A DNA stretch of 20,000 nucleotides from an uncultured virus (IMG/VR IMGVR_UViG_3300031963_011487) (taxonomy: Duplodnaviria; Heunggongvirae; Uroviricota; Caudoviricetes), in IMG/VR virus record IMGVR_UViG_3300031963_011487. One strand, 5' to 3'. A program made the position numbers and the translations under genes. The notes beneath the pieces are model-generated. The model saw nothing but the letters and a program-made list of their open reading frames with translations. It ran no database searches and was not told where the DNA came from. Position 1 is the first letter of the stretch, and each line of letters starts with the position of its first letter. Below, piece after piece: positions 16,405 through 20,000 of the stretch.

Positions 16405-17664
16405 ATGGAAATTATTAAAATACACACAAGTAACAAAGATAAGTTAGAGAACTTACTGAAGACTACGGTAATCCCAGGTGATTTCTGGGATTACACACTT
16501 CCGTATGAGTATGATTGGAAGAATCATGATTTTTATGATTTGACTTGTGAGCATTATACTGACCTGCCAGAGTTTGTGTGGTCCCCGTACTTGAAGCAAC
16601 GGTATCTGATTAATGTTATGGTGAAGAACCAGCAAGAAAAAGATATTTTACACAACGTACTTGGGATGAAAGAAAACAAAACAGGATATATTCATTATGA
16701 ACTGGAAGAAAATCCCCTTACCGATTATGAATATGAATACACCCATAAAATTCATCCAAAATATCCGTTATATGTTATTACCAAGGGTCGATGGCAACGT
16801 ACTCTTACGATTGACACGCTTGAGGACATGGGAGTAGATTTTCGTATTTGTGTGGAACCCGACGAATACGATAACTATGCAGCAAACGTAGACATAAAGA
16901 AGATTATCAAACTTCCAGAGAATTTCAGCAAACGAAAGCAGGGGAGTATTCCTGTTCGTAACTTTGTATGGCAACATGCAGTTGACGCTGGTCATAAGAA
17001 GCACTGGGTGATTGACGATAATATTCATTGGTTCTTCCGATGGAATAATAATCTCAAGAAGAAACTTCGTGATGGGGTCTTCTTTAGAATCATGGAAGAT
17101 TTCAGTGATCGGTATGAAAACTTGGGATTGGTTGGTTGTCAGTATGCGTCATTCGTACCAGCAACAGAACCAGGTCGTAGTCAGTTTATTAAAAATACCA
17201 GAGTGTATAGTTGCATTCTGATTAATCATGAACTACTGGATACGCGTCTGGAAGAACGGTGGAGAGGAACGTATAATGAAGATACGGATCTTTCCCTACG
17301 TGTATTGTCCACGGGTGATCTCTGCACCGTCAACTTTAATACGTTACTCAGTGGTAAGCAAACCACGGGAACGATGCGTGGCGGAAATACCGATACGATC
17401 TATGAAGGTGGTGTCTATTCTGGATATAAAAAGAAGTTTGATGAATTGAAAGAGAACTGGGGTAAGATTGTGAAGTTGACGCATGACAAGCACGTCGATG
17501 GTCGTCCACACCACCATATTGCTTATACAAAAATCTTTAAGCAAGACTTGGTATTGAAAGAGGGCGTGTCGTTAGAACCAAAGATTAATGAATACAATAT
17601 GATACTAACTAAGATGACAACCAACAGTACAAATGATGTTGCAACTGAACATGAAGATATCTAA
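16405..17664 (+). CDS. TAGT/GREB1-like GT-A glycosyltransferase (putative DNA base glycosyltransferase) with N-terminal extension
   Basis: KYPLYVITKGR, VEPDEY..Y, RNFVW, HWVIDDNI, NTRVYSCIL, WRGTYNEDTDLSLRVL, K..T..MRGGNT. Confidence 0.8.
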   Translation: MEIIKIHTSNKDKLENLLKTTVIPGDFWDYTLPYEYDWKNHDFYDLTCEHYTDLPEFVWSPYLKQRYLINVMVKNQQEKDILHNVLGMKENKTGYIHYELEENPLTDYEYEYTHKIHPKYPLYVITKGRWQRTLTIDTLEDMGVDFRICVEPDEYDNYAANVDIKKIIKLPENFSKRKQGSIPVRNFVWQHAVDAGHKKHWVIDDNIHWFFRWNNNLKKKLRDGVFFRIMEDFSDRYENLGLVGCQYASFVPATEPGRSQFIKNTRVYSCILINHELLDTRLEERWRGTYNEDTDLSLRVLSTGDLCTVNFNTLLSGKQTTGTMRGGNTDTIYEGGVYSGYKKKFDELKENWGKIVKLTHDKHVDGRPHHHIAYTKIFKQDLVLKEGVSLEPKINEYNMILTKMTTNSTNDVATEHEDI

Positions 17665-18337
17665 GAGATTTATTCGTACATGGCAGGGTGATGCTCCAAT
17701 ACCTCCGATGTTTGAGGAGTGGTGGCAGATGTTTCACGATATACATCCTGGATATGAGTTTATGACGATCACCGATTACGATCATTTACAAATTCCACCT
17801 GATATTAAAGACATCATGCAGTATATTACCACGTATTCAGGTATTTCAGATGTTATTAGGGCAGTGGCTCTTTACCAATATGGCGGTATTTACGTTGATA
17901 CAGATGTTATGCCTCTCAAAACATTTGAACCGTTGACAGAACTTGATAAGCCATTTGCTGCAAAAAGGTCATCTAAGTCATTTGAAGTTGCAGTCATGGG
18001 ATCTCCACCACAACATCCTGCAATGAAAGCAGTGTTGGATGCACTTCCGAATCACTGGAAAAAATATCACGATAAGTCTAATGCAGTATCTACGGGACCT
18101 GCATTTTTCTCCTCGGTTCTGTTTGGTCGCCCAGATGTAGTCCACCTTCCAACGAGTACATTTTATCCGTATAATGGATGGGGAGCACCGAGCCGTGAAG
18201 AAAAATTGAAAATTTTTGAAAACAAAGAAAACTTCCCGCCAGAGATGATTGCTGCACACTTCTCAAATCATACATGGGGTTCAAACAAAAATAGAAAAAA
18301 GTATATTCCTCCAAAAACTCATGATTGGTGGGAGTAG
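17651..18337 (+). CDS. GT32-like DXD glycosyltransferase
   Basis: W...HPGYE, SDVIR..ALYQYGGIYVDTD, TGP, FYPY and AAHF..TW motifs. ATG 17651 overlaps the upstream CDS. Confidence 0.88.
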   Translation: MKISKRFIRTWQGDAPIPPMFEEWWQMFHDIHPGYEFMTITDYDHLQIPPDIKDIMQYITTYSGISDVIRAVALYQYGGIYVDTDVMPLKTFEPLTELDKPFAAKRSSKSFEVAVMGSPPQHPAMKAVLDALPNHWKKYHDKSNAVSTGPAFFSSVLFGRPDVVHLPTSTFYPYNGWGAPSREEKLKIFENKENFPPEMIAAHFSNHTWGSNKNRKKYIPPKTHDWWE

Positions 18338-18343
18338 TTTAAA

Positions 18344-19561
18344 ATGTATCAATCATACTTTGACAAATTCCTAAACATGACTCCGTATCTAGAAATAGGT
18401 GCGGAGGAGTGGGAACATATAAAACAGACGTTCTCCGTAGACGACATTAAAGAAAGTATGGCAACGGTTTGTATGACGTATCCTATTCCTTATAATGATA
18501 TTACGGAAGAAGATGCATATCGTGGTTATATGGATTTAAAAGCAGTTCGTTGGGATAAATTATATACTGCTGGGGAATGGTTTTATAGATCCACGAATTC
18601 CCGTTATGAATTAAGTCCGTATTATTTTTCCAAGTCAACGACGGGTAATTCTGCGTCCAATTACTTCCAACAACAGAATCGGTGGGAGGCAAATTCTAAT
18701 CGGTCGCCTGGACCCGCTAAGACGTGGCGTACGAAGAGTACAATGATTACCTTGATGGGATCACTGTTTACATTAAAGGTTCCGAAAATTGATAAGGGAA
18801 CCTTACGGGGTTGTTTACATCTACGAAAGTATACCTGTTCACAGTTCCGACCCAGTACGGCAAAAGCACTGTATGATAAGTTTAACGCAAAGAATGTACT
18901 GGACTTTTCTATGGGTTGGGGTGATCGTCTTGCTGGATTCTATGCAGGGAATACAACCGAACATTATGTTGGGTTAGATCCAAAAGCAGATAATCATCCC
19001 ATTTATAACGCACAAAGAAAGTTTTATAATACACATACGACATTCTTTGAAAACGATAAAGAAAGTGAATTTCATATAAGTCCTGCGGAAGAATTTGATT
19101 TTAAACCATATACAAATCACTTTGATATGGTATTTACTTCACCACCGTACTTTAACGTAGAACATTATAGTCAAGACGACACCCAGAGTTTTAAACGATA
19201 TAAAGAAGTAGAAATGTGGAGTGAACACTTTCTCCACAAGGTATTGACTAACATCTATCCCAGTGTTAAATTACATGGTATAGTCGCCATTAACATTTCT
19301 GATGTATTTTCTACGTCTGGTAAAGGACAGAAACGTTGGTTAGAAATTACCAATCCCATGAATGATCATTTAAAATCATTAGGCATGGAATACATGGGAG
19401 CAATTGGTATGGAGATGGCGAAACGTCCGAATAGTGCAGGAGCAGGTATGGTGTTTGAAGGAAGTGCGCCAAACGAATGGACGGATGACGCAATGACTAG
19501 AGCAGATAATTCAAATAATAAAACATTCTGCGAACCGATTTTTATGTGGAGAAAAGTATGA
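18344..19561 (+). CDS. SAM-dependent amino (N4-C/N6-A) DNA methyltransferase-like protein
   Basis: QFRP..AK, motif I VLDFSMGWGDRL, YVGLDP, motif IV FTSPPYF (SPPY at 19139-19150), terminal EPIF.W. Confidence 0.82.
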   Translation: MYQSYFDKFLNMTPYLEIGAEEWEHIKQTFSVDDIKESMATVCMTYPIPYNDITEEDAYRGYMDLKAVRWDKLYTAGEWFYRSTNSRYELSPYYFSKSTTGNSASNYFQQQNRWEANSNRSPGPAKTWRTKSTMITLMGSLFTLKVPKIDKGTLRGCLHLRKYTCSQFRPSTAKALYDKFNAKNVLDFSMGWGDRLAGFYAGNTTEHYVGLDPKADNHPIYNAQRKFYNTHTTFFENDKESEFHISPAEEFDFKPYTNHFDMVFTSPPYFNVEHYSQDDTQSFKRYKEVEMWSEHFLHKVLTNIYPSVKLHGIVAINISDVFSTSGKGQKRWLEITNPMNDHLKSLGMEYMGAIGMEMAKRPNSAGAGMVFEGSAPNEWTDDAMTRADNSNNKTFCEPIFMWRKV

Positions 19562-20000
19562 ATGAAAATACGCTCTGGGTGGAGCGCTATCGACCGAGTA
19601 CATTGGAAGGATATGTAGGGAATGATACCGTTCGTGCCAAGATTGAACAGTATATCACCACGCAAGATATCCCTCATCTGCTGTTCTACGGAACGGCTGG
19701 CACGGGTAAGACCACTGCCGCCAAGATTCTCGTCAAGAACATTGATTGTGATTATATGTTTATCAATGCATCTGATGAACGTGGTATTGATACGGTTCGT
19801 GATAAGATCAAGGGATTTGCGGCAACGATTGGATTCAAGCCACTCAAGATCGTGGTATTGGATGAGGCAGACTTCTTAGGACGAGAAGCACAGCCTGCAC
19901 TTCGTAATCTGATGGAGGCGTATTCTGCGAGTACACGATTCATTCTCACTGCTAATTATGTAGAACGGATTATTGATCCACTGGTGAGTCGAACGCAGGT
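19558..20000 (+). CDS. clamp loader AAA+ subunit (RFC/gp44-like), 3'-truncated
   Basis: Not in the ORF track. Manual translation gives MNENTLWVERYRP...PHLLFYGTAGTGKTT...INASDERGIDTVR...LDEAD...ALRNLME...RFILTANY...SRT. ATGA overlap with the MTase stop. Confidence 0.95.
   Translation, partial: MNENTLWVERYRPSTLEGYVGNDTVRAKIEQYITTQDIPHLLFYGTAGTGKTTAAKILVKNIDCDYMFINASDERGIDTVRDKIKGFAATIGFKPLKIVVLDEADFLGREAQPALRNLMEAYSASTRFILTANYVERIIDPLVSRTQ

Noticed and set aside
7260..18365. Additional TTGACA hexamers at 7260, 11037 and 18360
   Set aside because: No acceptable -10 hexamer 16-18 nt downstream.
11047..19561. Vsr-like nuclease plus MTase as a restriction-modification pair
   Set aside because: They are 7 kb apart in different gene blocks, and classical Vsr pairs with C5-MTases, not SPPY-type enzymes.
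19622..19879. 85-aa plus-strand ORF in the track
   Set aside because: Out-of-frame shadow of the clamp loader gene that starts at 19558 and runs off the window.
431..19949. Numerous 60-133 aa minus-strand and nested plus-strand ORFs
   Set aside because: All lie within well-supported plus-strand genes and show no recognisable motifs.
1..20000. Stop-codon reassignment
   Set aside because: Genes are full length in the standard code, and TAA, TGA and TAG (polB, GT32) all end genes at sensible positions.
1..20000. CRISPR array, tRNA or large ncRNA
   Set aside because: Intergenic gaps are all under about 90 nt, with no spaced repeats or cloverleaf seen.

Overview
All-plus-strand, tightly packed DNA replication and nucleotide metabolism module of a large tailed phage with T4-like replisome logic, read in the standard genetic code. 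The window opens in the 3' part of a probable baseplate/tail protein carrying an M15 peptidase domain. It then encodes a degenerate family A polymerase, UDP-sugar dehydrogenase, gp32-like SSB, RecA, 5'-3' exonuclease, DnaB-like helicase, class II RNR, two thioredoxins around a Vsr-like nuclease, dUTPase, family B polymerase, amidase and sliding clamp. It ends in a clamp loader that is missing from the ORF track. The best candidate for an undescribed system is a three-gene cassette between clamp and clamp loader: a TAGT/GREB1-like glycosyltransferase, a GT32-like glycosyltransferase and an SPPY methyltransferase. Together with the UDP-sugar dehydrogenase it suggests DNA hypermodification with a more complex sugar. 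Also notable are a thumb-truncated PolA with a substituted steric gate, sigma70 promoters embedded in hairpins, and a gene-32-like unstructured SSB leader. All family calls come from motif recognition, not database searches.
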